DNA of 64,000 nucleotides from Antedon mediterranea (taxonomy: Eukaryota; Animalia; Echinodermata): positions 4,976,422 to 5,040,421 of the forward strand of contig NC_092678.1 in assembly GCF_964355755.1 (NCBI RefSeq). Direction: 5' to 3'. Of the stretch, positions 13,301 through 27,090 are shown piece after piece. The notes beneath the pieces are model-generated. The model was not told where the DNA came from. It ran no database searches and saw nothing but the letters and a program-made list of their open reading frames with translations. Each line of letters opens with the position of its first letter. The stretch's first letter is position 1. Position numbers and translations under genes: made by a program.

Positions 13301-16300
13301 TCACAAGCTTCGGATTATTGGAAATTGGCAACACGCTTGCATTTTGTCTACAGTGGGAACTAGGCTTAAGGCTCAAAAGATGCGTAGCCCTGTATATAAT
13401 GTACAATTAAACACAAAAGTGTGTATATAAACAAACCTCTGACAGGAGTTTCTCTTTCTCACTTTGGTCCCTTTCTATTTCAGAATGCAGCCTTGCGTTT
13501 TCGGTTTTCACAGCTGCTAATTGCGTGTTGAACGTGAAAGTAGCGTGAGCTAATGCTTCTTCATTCACATGCTACGACAAAAAAGAAGACGATAAGTTAG
13601 ACATGAACTATATCATTATCAGCAATACAATCAATAGTCATTTTAATTTTTAAGTTAATACTTACAATGTCATTTTTAAGTTGATCTATTTTGTGAGAGA
13701 GTTCTTCGTTCTCCGATGCAAGCAAGCCGTGACTGTCCTTGAACTTCAGTTTCTGTCGTTCATATTCGACCTTTAAAAAATGATAACAAAATCATTTGAA
13801 TAACATTCTCCACAAGTTTTATTTAACATAAAGTTAGAAAGATATGATAACAACGAGACATGAACTGCCTGCAGTGCTAATGTTTGTTTAGAGAATATTT
13901 TTTATAATAGTCTAAATAAAGCTTCGACAGCCACCTTGAGCATGTAGAGTTGATCTTTGAGTTTATCGTTTGTTGATATCGCTGTTTTTCTATTCTCATC
14001 TGCAAGTTCAAGTCGGTTTATTATTTCAGCCTGGAAAAGAAATATTTCATATTCAATATCAAAATTGATTATATTGAGATCGAAATATGAAAATATGTTT
14101 AGATAAAGATTAATAAAACGATAGAACTAGTTATACAAAATGTATATTGATTTTGGTATAAAGTTTTCGGTACACAACATATTTATATTTCTTAAAAGAA
14201 CTGTTGAGTTTCTCAACGTTTCATTACGTCGTGTACTGAAAACTTTATATCAACATTTGATTTTGCCATGCAAACCTTCAAACTATATATTGTTTATTAT
14301 ATTAAAAGGCAATAAGAAAATTATATTAAATGAAACAAAACACATCAATAAATTATTAAAATATTGGATGTGGCTGAAGTGTAGCTACTAGTTTGAAAGC
14401 AACACATTAAATATAAATATCAAAGTGTAGTATAATAAATTACAAAAACAGTGTGTAGTTAAATTAATGCAATATTTAAACATACTGAAGAAAATATTAA
14501 ATTATTAATATAAAATAACTATATAATATTAATAAAGTAATATAGTATTGATAAAATAAGACATCCACAAGATAAATTTATGTTGCTATTAGCAGCATTT
14601 ACCTAATACTACATTTTATTGTTAGTTTGTACTAAGAGTTTTAATTTAATAAGTTTGGCAAACAAAACAAATAGCTTAATTGTGCCAAGTACTAAGCCAA
14701 AAGTTTCTTCTAATAGTTAAGTTATTAGTAAAAGTCTGTCTATTCACAAACTTTACCTTCTCTAAGATTGTCTTGTTTACTTCCTAAAGTACAAGCACAA
14801 TAAATTAAGACATGAAATAAAGAATACAGAAGAAGAAAATCACTTAAGCACAGTTACTTAAGATAATCAAATCTCATTAATAAATGCACATCAAACATGA
14901 TGATCTACCTTTTCATCATCCTCATCAACTTCTTTAAGCTAAGCAAAAAGATCGATAAAAATTAACGCATTGAAACAAAACGAGAGAGATGTGATGAAAC
15001 AGAAAATGATGAAGAGGAATGAATTAGTAAGTTATGTCACATGAAAGAAATATAAGTTGAAAATGAATGGCATAGGGATTGCATTATTTTATACTTTTCA
15101 AATTCATATACATATGTGATAATGATATGATGTCACATGTGACAATGTTTCAAAGGGAATCCAGTGTAATCATAGAAATGTCTGATATGATCGATTAAAC
15201 CTGTACTATTTAAGGTACCAACCTCTTGAAGGAATTCATGTTTCTTTACAATGCCTTCGCTAAATTCCTCATGACGGACCCGAGTATTACGTTCTTGAAC
15301 AAGCTGCTTTCGTAACTCCTCACATTCCTCTTCCAACTATCAAAAACAGAAATATTTCGTAACAATATATTACCTGAATATTTACAAAATGGTGAATTAA
15401 AAAGAAGAGTATTTTCAATGGAGCTTCTTAGAATGAAGAAAGAAGATTCACTAACAACATCTAAAGATAGAACAACTTTCAACAATTTTTAGTGACAAAT
15501 CCAGAATTTTGAAGTAGCACGGTGAAGTGGGGTACAGCATTACTGGTACCTGACACCACCCTGAGTAAATGCTTACCTGCTTAAGGTTATTCTGTACTGT
15601 TCTTAGTTCCAGCATAGCGTTACGTGAATTCAATTCTGTTTTCTGTCGTGCATCAATCTCACTATAAATAACAAAACTCAATGTATAATTTTTTTAATGT
15701 TTAAAATATTGCAAAACTTAAACGATGATCTGACCAACTAAATACTCACAGACTATACAGTTCTTCTTTACGTGCCAATTGCTCTCTCGTTTTCTCTAAA
15801 ATAATTTGTGAGTTGTTCCGTTTTTCTACCTCAAGACCAAGATGAAACCTGAAGGGAAACAAGTTATTAAAGAAACAAATAAGAATATCATTTTTAAAGT
15901 GTTTACCTTTTCTGGGTATCAAGGCCTGTTCTTTTTCTGCAATCACCATTTTCAATGTTGTTTTTAACCATTGATTACTAAACAATTAAACTCAAAACAC
16001 TAAATCATAATCAGTATTAAGGTGACTTACTCAAGGTCTCGTATCTTAGACTCAAGCTCCACAAACTCTTGCTCCAAGTCATTCTTAGATTTCATCACCT
16101 CAGATTTTTGCCTGAAAAAAACAAAAAACAAATGCAAAAGTTAACGACAAATAACGTTCCATATACATTTGATACTTAATCTAGTGTAACACTGCACAAA
16201 GTTAATATAATCTTAATGGTACAGTAAACATTTTTAATTTATATAGAAAGTTTCAAACCTGTGTAACTCTTTGTTTTCCGCTTGCAATGCTTTACACCTG

Positions 16301-19300
16301 TTTTCAGCATTCACTCTTGCCGATCTTTCCTGTTCTGCCATTCGTTTATTTTCCCGAAGAGCTACATGCATTCGGAAAGCACCGTCTAAAAAATAGAGAT
16401 TCGCAAAAAAGAATATTTTTATAAGAGAGTTGTAAATATAAAAGGATGAAAAACAGGAAAAAGTGAACAATTCCACACATTTTGAATGTTTTTAGAAATT
16501 AAAATTCAGCAATTATGTTTTGCTTACCATGTCCAGTGTCAGCATTTCCGCTGGTATTTAACTGTAGGTGCGGGCTTGGTTGCAAGTATGATGGACGAAA
16601 CTCAGTAGCGTCATCCAAACTGTCGCCACCCTCGCTTGACGTAAACGAAAGACCATCATTATCATCAAGAACTGCTTTCCAAGCTGGAACAAAGGAATTC
16701 CCCTGGAAAAGAAAAGTTAACATTGAAGTGTCCAATAAGATAATTTAATTCTTTGTCAGGACCTAACATCTAACAAATGTTCCATTATGATTTTGACTTT
16801 TTTATGATCATACATCTGAATGTAAGCATACACTTACCACTACTGTGGGGTGGATTATCATGGAGCTGTATGGATCCATGCTATATGTTGAATTCTCAGG
16901 CTTGTAGGGAATTGCGGCACCTTCAAGATTTCCAGGACTAACAAAAATTATTGAAAAATGATGACAAACATATAAATGATAACATGACTTTCTGCATTAT
17001 TTGGAATAAGTTTTATCCTATGATCTATAGATAACAGAAGAGGATACTTAATTGAATATATCATGAATAACAACATCTATAGAATTCAGGACAATTAGGG
17101 AAGTCGCACTTATTTATATCAAATTAATGTAGAATACAGAATGTAGCAGGAAAAATGGAAAGAGGAAGTACTTTAATAATCATGCATACCTGTTAACAGT
17201 TGAATGTTTGATGCCTTGTCTTTGATCAGGAGAGGTAGAAGAGTGAGTTTGATTTCTTAACATCATCTCCGCTTCATCTTCAAGTTGTCCTAGCATTTCA
17301 TCGAAATCTTTGTTTTCTTCCACGGCACCTGGCTGCCGTGTAGGCCTATTGTTTGATACATTCATTGCACGGTTCACCGCATTTCCGTCATCTTCGTACG
17401 CTAGTTGTTCTTCCAAACTTCGCTGATAGCGGATTAAATTCCGTTCGCTGGACCTGGCATCACCTTCTCCAGCTATTTTCAGGTTTTCCAATTCCAATTT
17501 TTCTTTCTCGATTTGCCTTCTCTCTTCCTCTAACTTCTTTTTCTCTGCTTTAATTCTTTCTTCTTCCTTCTTTTGAAGATCATCAGCTTCTTTTCGTAAC
17601 GCTTCTTCCTTTTTCATGTTCTCAATTTGTTTTCTTTCCATTTCTCTTCGCTGCTCCTCCAGTTTCTTTCTTTCTTCTTCAAATTTTTGCTTTTCTTCTT
17701 CCATAAATTTATCTTCAGTCATTTTACCGGATGTCACTTCGTTCATGAACGTTTCTTTTTCCTTCTGAAGTTCTCTCTCCATTGCCAACTTCTCTTCTTC
17801 AAGTTTTCTTTTCTCACGTTCGAATTCAACTCTTAAAGCTCTAGTTTCTTCCTCTTTGTTTCTCTTAATTTCCTCTTTTTCATTTTCAAGCTTTTTCTTT
17901 TCACTTTCCAATAGTTGTTGCTGCTCTTCTTGTCGTTTCTTTTCAGCCTTCAACTTCCTTTCTTCTTCAGTTCTTCTTTGATGTTCTTTCTCATTTGCTT
18001 CCTCCTCCATTTTCTTAGCTAGTGCTTTTCTTTCATCTTCCTGTTTCTTCCATTCCATCTCTTGTCGTTTTCTGTCTTCTTCTAACTTCTTTCTCTCGAT
18101 TTCCAGTTGCTTAAGTTCATCTTTTCTCTCTTTTTCCTTTAATTGATGGTCATGTTCTAGTTTCTTTTTTAGTTCTTCTAATTTCTTTTCTTCCTGAATT
18201 CTTTTCTCTTCTTCTGCATTTTTCATAGCTTCTAATTTTTCTTGTTCTTTTTTCTTCATTTTCTCTAATTTCTTTTGTTCTTCAATCTGTTGTTTCTCAA
18301 ACTCCGATTTAATTTCAAGAAGTCTTTTTTCTTCTTCTTTCCGCTTCTCTTTTGCAGCTTTATCTAGTTGTTTTTGCTTCTCTAATTCTTCTTTCCTTTT
18401 ATTTTCTGCAGCTATCTCCAATTCATGAATACGTTGTTTAGCATTTTCTTCCTCTTGCAAAACTCTTTCTCGATCTCTTTTGATAATTTCTTGTTGTTTT
18501 TCATACTCTTCCCTTTCTTCTTGCTGCCTCCTTTCTTCCTTCATTTGTTTCTCCTCATCCATTCTTTGTCTTTCCTTCTTTAATTCAACTTCAACTCTTT
18601 GTTGTTCTAATCTCTTCTTTTCCTCATCTTGTTGTTTCTGTTTAGCTTTTCTCTCTTCTTTCTTTCTTAAAAGTTCATCTTCTTTTCTTTGTCGTTCTTG
18701 TTCATCGCGTTCTCTTTGCATTTCTTCATCTGCATCTCTCTTCATTCTTTCTTCTCGTTCCCTCATATCTTGATCCCATTTATTTTGTCGGAGTAATTCA
18801 TCATCTTCATCTTTCTTTTTCTTTGCCTAAAATTAACAAATTAACTTAAGGTATAGAAATCAAACGATACAAAACAAATTTTTTATTTTTCATTTATATT
18901 TTTCATTGATATTTAAATACTCACAAAGAAATGCAGACTTACGTCTTTTCTTCTTTTTTCTATTTCCCATTCACTTTCTTCTTCTTCTTGATCTTCAGAG
19001 TCCCAATCTTCCTCTTCATCATCATTGCCGTTCCTCCCATCACCAGATCCTTGCTGTTTTCCAACATTGTCTTTCGGTGATATTATTGTTGGACCACGAA
19101 CTAAAAGATAAAGAAAGTAACATCAAAGGGTCTATTGGATTGTTAATAATTCCACAGACCAAAATGTATTTCAAATATCAAAAGCATAGCAACAAACATC
19201 ACTATAGCTTACAATTACAATTTCTAATCAGTAGATTTAGACTAAAATAAATCATGATTAAATTACCAATATTTTGATTCAGTTTACCATTTATTTTATG

Positions 19301-22300
19301 AAATACGCCAAGAGCTCGCACTCGCCGTCTTTTAGTATTCTTCTCCATGTTTGCATAGGTCGATATAGTATAAACTAATCAATGAACGCTTTTGTATAAT
19401 GATGTCTACTTACCTTTGTTGTTAGAGGCATGTGATGGCAGCATATCATCCTTGGAGGTAAGAAACAAATTATTTATCAAACAAACAAATCATAAGTCAT
19501 ATTATGCTCACATTCATAAGTTATTTAAGGATCATTTTGATGTTTAGTTGTTTTTCGAAAAGATGAATTTTTATATCATAATATATTATTCATAAAAGAA
19601 GGATATTGAATGTGTTCACTCAAGTGGAACGTGCTTAATCAAGTGGAATGTAAGAAGCATGGCTGACTACACAGCGGATACAAGAAGGATGTACTGTGTA
19701 ACAATGTATTGATACGCTTTATTTAACAACAATATCCTACGGTAAAATTTGTTGCACACTGATACTGCGTTTACACAATGAGGTTAATGTGCGGAACACG
19801 CACATTGATAGTGCGTTTATACAATGAGGTTAATGTGCGGAACATGCACACATGAACACAGTCAATCTTAACAAAAAGGATCAAACACTATATACTTATT
19901 AACAATCAATTAAACATGTCATACTACTTTAGCCCTTTTTTACAACCTAGTAGAGACGCTGCTATCATAATGATAACCATTACTTACGTCAGCCGAGTCC
20001 CAATCTGAAAGAAGACAAAGAACAATAACAGTAGTACTTTATTGTTTTAAAAGTAAAAAATGTAAGAAATATTTGGTTTAGATTTGTCGTTTTTTTTTCC
20101 TTACCATCATCAAAAATATCATCCTTTACTGATCTAGGGGTAGCATGATTGGTTGCCTTGGTAACAGATTCCTATAAAAAATGATTAAAACATTACTTTG
20201 AAAACTAGAAAGCCACTGAGAGTGCATACCTCCGCCTACTGTAAAATTCTCCTACATAAGATTTCTCCGGAAAAAAATATATATATTTGTGTGTGTCTTA
20301 ATGCTGTTTGTGATTTCGGCTAATTTCACTACAAGCATGTGTATGCGAGTTTGATGTAATGGTTATGTAACAAGCCTTTCAATTAACAATAGCTTCAGTT
20401 GACTAACAATAGAACAGCAACGCGAAAATCAAACGAGTGAATTTGTAAAGAAATAGGTTTTTTAAACTACTCGCATCAAAAAAGGTGCACATTAAATCCA
20501 ATTATGTTGTAAAATTACAAATCACCAATTATAACTCTTGCCTCTTGTACAAAAATGAAGTTTTTTGGACAAGTAGTTCTCGAGAAAATGCAATTTCAGT
20601 ATACCTAATACTTTAAGACTGCTCGCCGGCTTTTAAAAAATTCTGTCCTATCTAGCAGGTCTGAAAAGTATACTAAAATTGGGACCATGGTCCCAAAATT
20701 TAATGGAATGGTCCTTGACCACATATCTATCTGTATATTCATTTTGGTAAAGATCTTGTAATTACTTTTTGAGTAATCCTGCTAACAAACAAACAAACAA
20801 ACAGACAAACACACGCGATCGATTACATATACCTCCATGGCGGAGGTAAATTACATAATGAACCATAAAATAATGATTAACTTAAAGATATAAATTAATA
20901 GAACGTACAGGTTTTTGTTTTTTCGTAGATCCTTTTGGTTTGATTGAGGGCGCTGTTTCACTGAAATGATCAGATTCTTCGTCATCATCTACATCACTCA
21001 TACCTAGTTTATTCAAAACATCTATAAATATAAAGAATATCATTTATTTTATATTACATTAAATATGTTTTACAAAATTAAGAGACAAATGAAATGTAAT
21101 TTAATTTACCTTTTCTCATCTTTTTGTCGCTGTCCGTTAGTTTTCCTACATTTTGCTTAGAGGGCGGTGTTCGTTTGGAGGGAAATGTTGGAGTAACTAT
21201 AAAATGAATGAGCAAAATATGTAAATTCTTTAAATGACATTACTAAGATATTTAACTTATTACCATTCTCAATTTTAGGCACATTGCCAAAGATTGCCTT
21301 AATATGTATGGTAAACTTGTATATAGTTTATTATATGATATATTTACCAGAATCATCCTCTTCTTCTTCTGCAATTGGTGTCTGAAATATATAAATGAAT
21401 ACAATATGTTAGTTATACTATTATACATTAACAACTGACTTAGCAAAGATTTGTGTCCACATTGGTCTTAAATGGTAATCCTAAAGCTCTGTCTACACTA
21501 TCAAACTTTATGTGACAAAAAAATGTGATGTGCCAATATATGGACATGATGGTGTCATATCACTACCATATTTGGGCACACCTTTTCTGTCAAACTAGCT
21601 CTAGCAACATAATTAATAACTATCAACTTTGTAATGCAAGTATAGAATAAAACTCACCCTCATATCTTTTTGAGGCGGAATGCCCTCTAGTGCAGCTAAT
21701 ACATCCTCATCATCCCATTCACTCTGAAAAATTATTTTTAAATACCAAAGCTTATATTTTTACAATTAAAACTATTACATTTGATTAAAAGATTAAATTC
21801 TTAAAGAACTGTACTCTTAGAATCTTATCAGTTGTACTTACATCTCCCAATGATGTCATACTTCCCCTGGGTGTTGACATGGGTGTGATCTGATCACTCG
21901 TAGGCCCGTACCCAAATCCTGACTTAGGAACATGTTGTTTGGAGTCTTTAGTGATCTTTTGCGACTTTTTGCCGGATTTAGGGACGTTGTCAGGACTCGT
22001 GGACACGCGTCGAGGAATCTTAGAGCTTTGTTTGTCATTCTTATTAGACGTCACACTTCTGATGCTGCTCTCACGTGATACAGCACGTGGGATGCGAGAC
22101 TGCGAAGCAATCTTACCGCCAACTCCTAAGACCAAAATAAATACATTATTATTATTGTATACAAATTCTTGGCACAAGTTAAATATTGTCAGACTCATGT
22201 TTAAGCACGGATTCTATTTCCATCTTACCTAGACTGTTCACAGATTCTGTATCCGAATCAGGCACAAACTTTGTTAGCTTTGGAATCGCACTTTTCTGAA

Positions 22301-25300
22301 AATAATGATAATACTGTAATATGAGATATTTAATGCTGATGATTTTAAATTACATTGATGTTATGATATGTATATCAAGACAGAAGCTTAATTAAAGGAG
22401 AGAGTAACAGTTACACCATTGAATTACATTCAAGTAATAAATGGAAAGAAAAAGTACACATTAACATTGACAGTACATTCATTACTCAATCATCTAAGTA
22501 CATCACAAATTGACTTTACACTACAAAGAGTGTTAGGGAGAAGGAGGGGAGCATTGACGGAAGCAGTGTAGGAAGGAGGGGAACATTGTGGGAAGGAGGG
22601 GAACATTGTGGGAAGGAGGGGAGCATTGTGGAAAGGAGGAGAGCATTGTGAGAAGGAGGAGAGTATTGGGGAAGGAGAGCATTGGAGGAGGAGAGCATTG
22701 TGGGAAGGAGGAGAGCAATGTGGGAAGGAGGAGAGCAATGTGGGAAGGAGGAGCATTGGGGAAGGAGGGGAGCAGATAATATAAAATAGCAAGCAAACAT
22801 GAATAAGAAACAAAGAAAGATTGAATACAGAATGATATAAAATGCAACAATGATATTGCTTTGGCATGCAATTTGGGAGGGGATATCTTGGGATGATGGG
22901 AAGGTGATTCAAAAGGCAAGAATGGTGATAAAGTTCAAAATAATTAACATACTGATAATAATTGTGATTATTAGAATAGATAATTTTGAAAATATATATC
23001 ATTATCATCTGAACAAGATTTTACATCAAAATATTTCTTTTTTACACCCAGTTATTGTCATATAGGACATATTCTTTGGTGTCCTGGAGTTGACGGATTT
23101 TTATGATCATTAAATTATTTTAATTATTACTTTTAAAGTGCACATTTGTATACTAATTAGTGTCTAGGAAAAATAAGCAAAGTACTGTATGACTACACTA
23201 ACAGAATACAAGCAAACCTCTATGTTATTTTGATTGGCATCTTCCATTTCCTGTTAAGGGGGGTATAAATTATTTATTTGAAATAATTGTTATAAAGAAT
23301 TAAATAAATGAAATAAATACAGTATATGAGTATGAGTATGCAGCCCCTTTGTGGCATGCAGGTCTTACGCAGGGACAGATGAATCAGGTGGAAAAGATTC
23401 AGAAGCGTGTCTGCAAGATTGTGTTGGGCAAAGAGTATACAACATACTCAAATTCTCTTGTCATTTTAAATCTTCAACCACTCCACACTAGAAGATGGCA
23501 CTCTTGTAAGGTTTTTGCCTCTAAAGCATACGCCTCTGGTCAATTCTCCACCTGGTTCCCTGCCCCTCAGTATAGATCCTGCATGACCCTTAGACATAAT
23601 CGTAAAGTGGAAAACTATAGTTACAAAACAAAACGTTTCCAAACTAGTCCTGTCCCTTTTATGGTTGAACTTTTGAACAAACTGTAACTTTGTTATTTTT
23701 TTGGCTTGTATTATTTGAGGTAACTGCAGTCTAATTTATTCGTTTTTATATATGTAATACATATGCAATTCAGCCATGTGCTGCCATGTATGTAATTTGT
23801 ATGTGAATTTTGAATAAATATACCGATATATAATATCTAAAATGATATAATTTTACTTGAACATAATAAATGTAATGAATGACAAAACACAATGTATGAA
23901 TGAACAAAAATATTAATATTTGCAATGCATTGTGGGAGTAAGTTATAACAGCGGGTGATTGGCTATAAATTTGTCTTACACACTCTTGTTTGTTTACCTT
24001 AAGTACTGGCTTAGGAAGATGCTCAGTCTCTGAGGCAGACGCGCCCCAAGAATCATCACCATTAGACATTCTAGAAAATAAAAAAAATGATGCTCAAATA
24101 TCAAGTTTTGAAAATACAGTAATTATTTTATGAGACAGTTAAAAAAGTTAATCTATTAATTTAAGTATTTAATTATGAGAAAATTAATTTATCAGTTTTT
24201 ATGAAAATATATCGTAATAACATGTAACAAATTACTTACTTATCTCCTGATATTTCATCCTCCTCGTCATCTAGAAACAAATGAAAATATTAATTAAAAA
24301 GTTATTTTCTAAAACAATCTCACTAACTGTGTAACTTGCATGAAAGTGTGCTTGCCTTCCAATCCTAAATTCCAATCTACTGCTAAGCCTCAAATGAGAC
24401 AATATGATAATCATGATATAGTTTATCCAGCCTGTAATAGGCGTGTAGGATGTGTATGAAATGCATGTGAATTAAATTTACCTGCTGAGTCTATCGCAGG
24501 CTCACCGTATGTGTAGCCAAATCCGTCAGAGTCCACAGAAGAGCTGAACATGCCGGTGCTGGGACGACTGGTACCACGTGATCGCGGTCGGTTTGACGCA
24601 TGGTACTCATCAATCAAATGAGAACAACTATCAAAAAATAAGTGAAAGAGTTCATATAAAAGTAACCTTTCCTATGAATGAAAAATAATGGTAAGTGTAT
24701 GTGGCAGGAGACTGCCATGCCAGCTGCCAAACAACTGCATCACCACAACAACCATCTTGCTAATTCTGTTCCAATTTACAATTCCTTATCCATTCTTGGT
24801 TAGTCTTACCCATGAAAACCACCCATTATGGCATGGTCATTAGCAGTCCAGCCTTTGTGGTCTTTGATGTCTGTATTAGCCTTGTGTTCTAAGAATAGCT
24901 TGACCATGCCAATCTGATCCGTAAGACAAGCGAACATCAAACCAGTTCTATGAAAGATGGAAAAAAAATGTTAATTAGGTAACAAACAGTATGCAAAATA
25001 CTGACATTGTAATTTACATATGTACACCTGGTATATTAACACCTGGTATATAAACACCTGGTATATAAACACCTGGTATCATATAAAGTAAAAGTACACT
25101 ACCTGTTCTGGTTGTCTACGGCATTCACGTCCGCGTTTCGATTGAGCAGGAGTTCCACAACATCGTCATGTTTTTCTTCTGTTGCAAGATGAAGCGGTGA
25201 ACTGCCATCCTACAGAAATCAAGTAGAAGAAAGTCAGAAGAAACTCATGGTATAGATGATGATACACTTGTAATCAGTTCAATCATGTCAAGATATGATG

Positions 25301-26459
25301 GATTGAAAATGGACAGGGGAGAAAAAACCCAGGAATGGATTTTTAACGTTAACATGTAATATTAATAGTCTGTCAAGTAGTTTATAATTTCTAGCTGTCA
25401 AAGAGCCACGCTCTTCCTGGATCGACCAGCCCGATGGATTCTCACTTTGTTAGATGCATTCGTTAGAGCTCCACTATCCAGTAAAAGAGCTGCGATGCCC
25501 ATGTAGCCTGCCTTGCTCGTTAGATGGAGGGCGGTATTACTATCTTTATCAACAAGATTAGGATCAGCTTTGTTTTTTAATAACAGAACGACGACTTCTT
25601 CACTGTTAGCTTGAACAGCCTATTGGAAAAAAAGAAGAAAATGGTTAGGTTTTATATAGGCCTAGAGTTATAATTATTATATTTTTATAAATCATTGAAA
25701 TTTGGTGAACTGTACCTTCATCAACGGTGACCTGTTATGATTATCACATAAGTTTAGTTTGGCTTTATTTGACATAAAAAACTCAACAACATCTTTATGA
25801 CCTTGGCTGCAAGCTAGATGCAAAGGGGTTCTGTAAAAAAAACAGTAATATTAAAACAGACAGTAAGACATTACAAATATAACAAATTATTATCTTCTGA
25901 AAAAATGTTATTAATATGTAATTCTTAAAAACTTATCTCCATAATAATTTAATGACAACCCTCAGCGGTAAATAAGCTGGTATGTTTATCCATACAGCTA
26001 GATTTTATGAATAAAGCTAGTACTTTTTCTGGACTAGCTAGGCCTACTAGTGCCTAGGCTATTCTTTTAAAATGTGCTGTTGACATTTTTTTTTTTAAAG
26101 ATGGGCGTGCAAATCTTTAAAAAGTTCAAACTTATCTTAAACAAAGAAAATAGATAGAAGGTGTATTGTAAAAGGGGATTCCCTAAGTAAGCAATGTTGA
26201 CATGGATCATTATATAGTAATTTAACGGATTAATTTACACAAGAACGAACCTATTTTCCTTGTCTAATTGATTGTAGTCTGCTGCCTTCTTCGCCAGCTG
26301 TTTCACCTTGTTAACATCTCCGAGCCAGGCTGCCTTATGCAACTTCGGCAAATCCTTTTCTTTCAACTCATATCCATTGATTTCAGCAGTATTTGCTGCA
26401 TCGAGACTAGCAGTACTTGCAGACTTCTTAGAACTTTTTGTTTTAAATATTTTCTTCAT
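4365..26459 (-). CDS. ANKRD26: Ankyrin repeat domain-containing protein 26-like (N-terminal ankyrin repeats, long coiled coil, DUF3496-like C-terminus); roughly 50 exons
   Basis: Start MKKIFKTK..GYELKEKDLPKLHKAAWLGD (26459). Ankyrin exons near 25717-25831, 25446-25619, 25103-25210, 24810-24947. Giant charged exon 17190-18826. Many small coiled-coil exons from 16400 down to 4600. Penultimate exon VWSELDKSISRHLRS; last exon ends YMDTLRRNYFV-TGA (4365), resembling the vertebrate ANKRD26 ending ILKKNYMI. Confidence 0.85.
5346..5660. mobile_element. PIF/Harbinger-type MITE family A copy with an internal insertion
   Basis: TIR tctgtctacactatcaaa ... tttgatagtgtagac; same internal sequence as the other family A copies. 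Confidence 0.75.
7623..8680. repeat. Intronic minisatellite: 17-bp unit gagaggacacctgtatt with a block of 19-bp variant gataggcgacacctgtatt
   Basis: Direct tandem array. It explains the 17-aa and 19-aa periodic pseudo-ORFs on the minus strand. Confidence 0.95.
10568..11047 (+). mobile_element. Helentron-associated interspersed element (HINE/DINE-1-like)
   Basis: 5' subTIR plus short IR (acctccgccaaggaggt), (gtat/gttt/gt)n microsatellite, two ~55-bp internal repeats, 3' subTIR ggcggaggt, short hairpin tactctcggagta, terminal ctagtt. Confidence 0.75.
11281..11357 (+). mobile_element. LINE (CR1/L2-group) 3' tail remnant
   Basis: gtaattcagc-taag-gctgc hairpin, aataaa and (tgaaa)n tail. Same motif as at 23764 and 30539. 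Confidence 0.5.
11358..11545 (+). mobile_element. Possible decayed L1/Tx1-type C-terminal fragment
   Basis: Interrupted frame C..HVCHEDNSLFLRECPQVRHLW and later KWKKIL, reminiscent of the C-terminal Zn-knuckle/KW region of L1/Tx1 ORF2. Confidence 0.3.
13239..13366. mobile_element. MITE family B (Harbinger-like)
   Basis: Imperfect TIRs agctatggctcccactag..cgcaag / cttgc..agtgggaactaggct, flanked by TAA on both sides. A related decayed copy lies at ~48675-48834. Confidence 0.6.
19753..19852. repeat. ~46-bp tandem duplication
   Basis: gcacactgatactgcgtttacacaatgaggttaatgtgcggaacac, two copies. Confidence 0.85.
20204..20851 (-). mobile_element. HINE/DINE-1-like element, reverse orientation
   Basis: Begins actag...gcatacctccgcctactgtaaaat, has an (aaac)n microsatellite, ends acctccatggcggaggtaa. 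Same subTIR as 10568-11047. Confidence 0.75.
21485..21600. mobile_element. MITE family A, truncated copy
   Basis: agctctgtctacactatcaaactttatgtgacaaaaaaatgtgatgtgcc... Confidence 0.8.
22536..22773. repeat. Purine-rich ~20-bp minisatellite (gagcattgtgggaaggagga)
   Basis: About 11 degenerate tandem copies, in an ANKRD26 intron. Confidence 0.9.
23331..23820 (+). mobile_element. 5'-truncated non-LTR retrotransposon (CR1/L2-group) ORF2 C-terminus and 3' UTR
   Basis: Open frame YEYAAPLWHAGLTQGQMNQVEKIQKRVCKIVLG...LQPLHTRR...TKRFQTSPVPFMVELLN, typical of the post-RT region. The 3' UTR has gcaattcagc...gctgc and aataaa. Confidence 0.85.
25024..25080. repeat. 15-bp tandem repeat acacctggtatataa x~4
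   Basis: Direct inspection. Confidence 0.85.
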
Positions 26460-27090
26460 ATCAAAGCATTATAATCTATTTTTTAAATACTACCTTTTTT
26501 CTAAACATTGAAAGCGTCCCTGGTTGCGACGAGCTTCCGTTTTTTAATTCTAATAAGTTTGTTTGAAGATTTCTTTTTTGTTTTCTCCTCAGCAAATAAA
26601 AATATGAATTATAGAGGGCGGCATGTTAAAAAAAGTTAAACATCAGAATAAAATTATAGAGGGCGACATGTTAAAAAAGATAGACGTCAGAATCAATTTT
26701 CACAAAACTAAAAATGATTAAATATGATGTTTTATAGAAGCTAGAAAGTTATTATGTATACCTAGTTGTAGAAAAACATTAGTTCCTTAAGTAGGTGTAT
26801 GTTTTCATTCCTAACTTGATTGTTTTATTGGTTGCCGTCGGTTGTTTAGGCCAGGCCCACAAGAAGGTCCTCCTGTCATCTTTACTCCAGGACACCGGAT
26901 GGTCCTGTTGGGCAGGAGGCAGTGCACTGAAAGCCAGGATAGGCCTAGAAATTTGTTAGGTTTAATAATACATTTTTTCTTTTATTTAAAATCCACGATA
27001 ATACTATACTGCTATTGAAAAAAAATAATAACTATAAAGAACTGTAGTTTTTCTTTGTTTTTTAGATTTTTATTTATCTGTGTCCGCACT
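26460..27090. promoter_or_regulatory. Bidirectional promoter/5' region between ANKRD26 and NIT1, with a 45-bp tandem duplication carrying CTCF-like TAGAGGGCG cores
   Basis: Divergent ATGs about 630 bp apart. Duplicated units at 26607-26649 and 26652-26693. Confidence 0.6.

Noticed and set aside
17353-19250. Plus-strand ORFs rich in F/S/L
   Set aside because: They are antisense shadows of the E/K-rich ANKRD26 exons.
22490-23008. Pro/Ser-rich ORFs of 94-172 aa
   Set aside because: They are products of the 20-bp purine-rich minisatellite.
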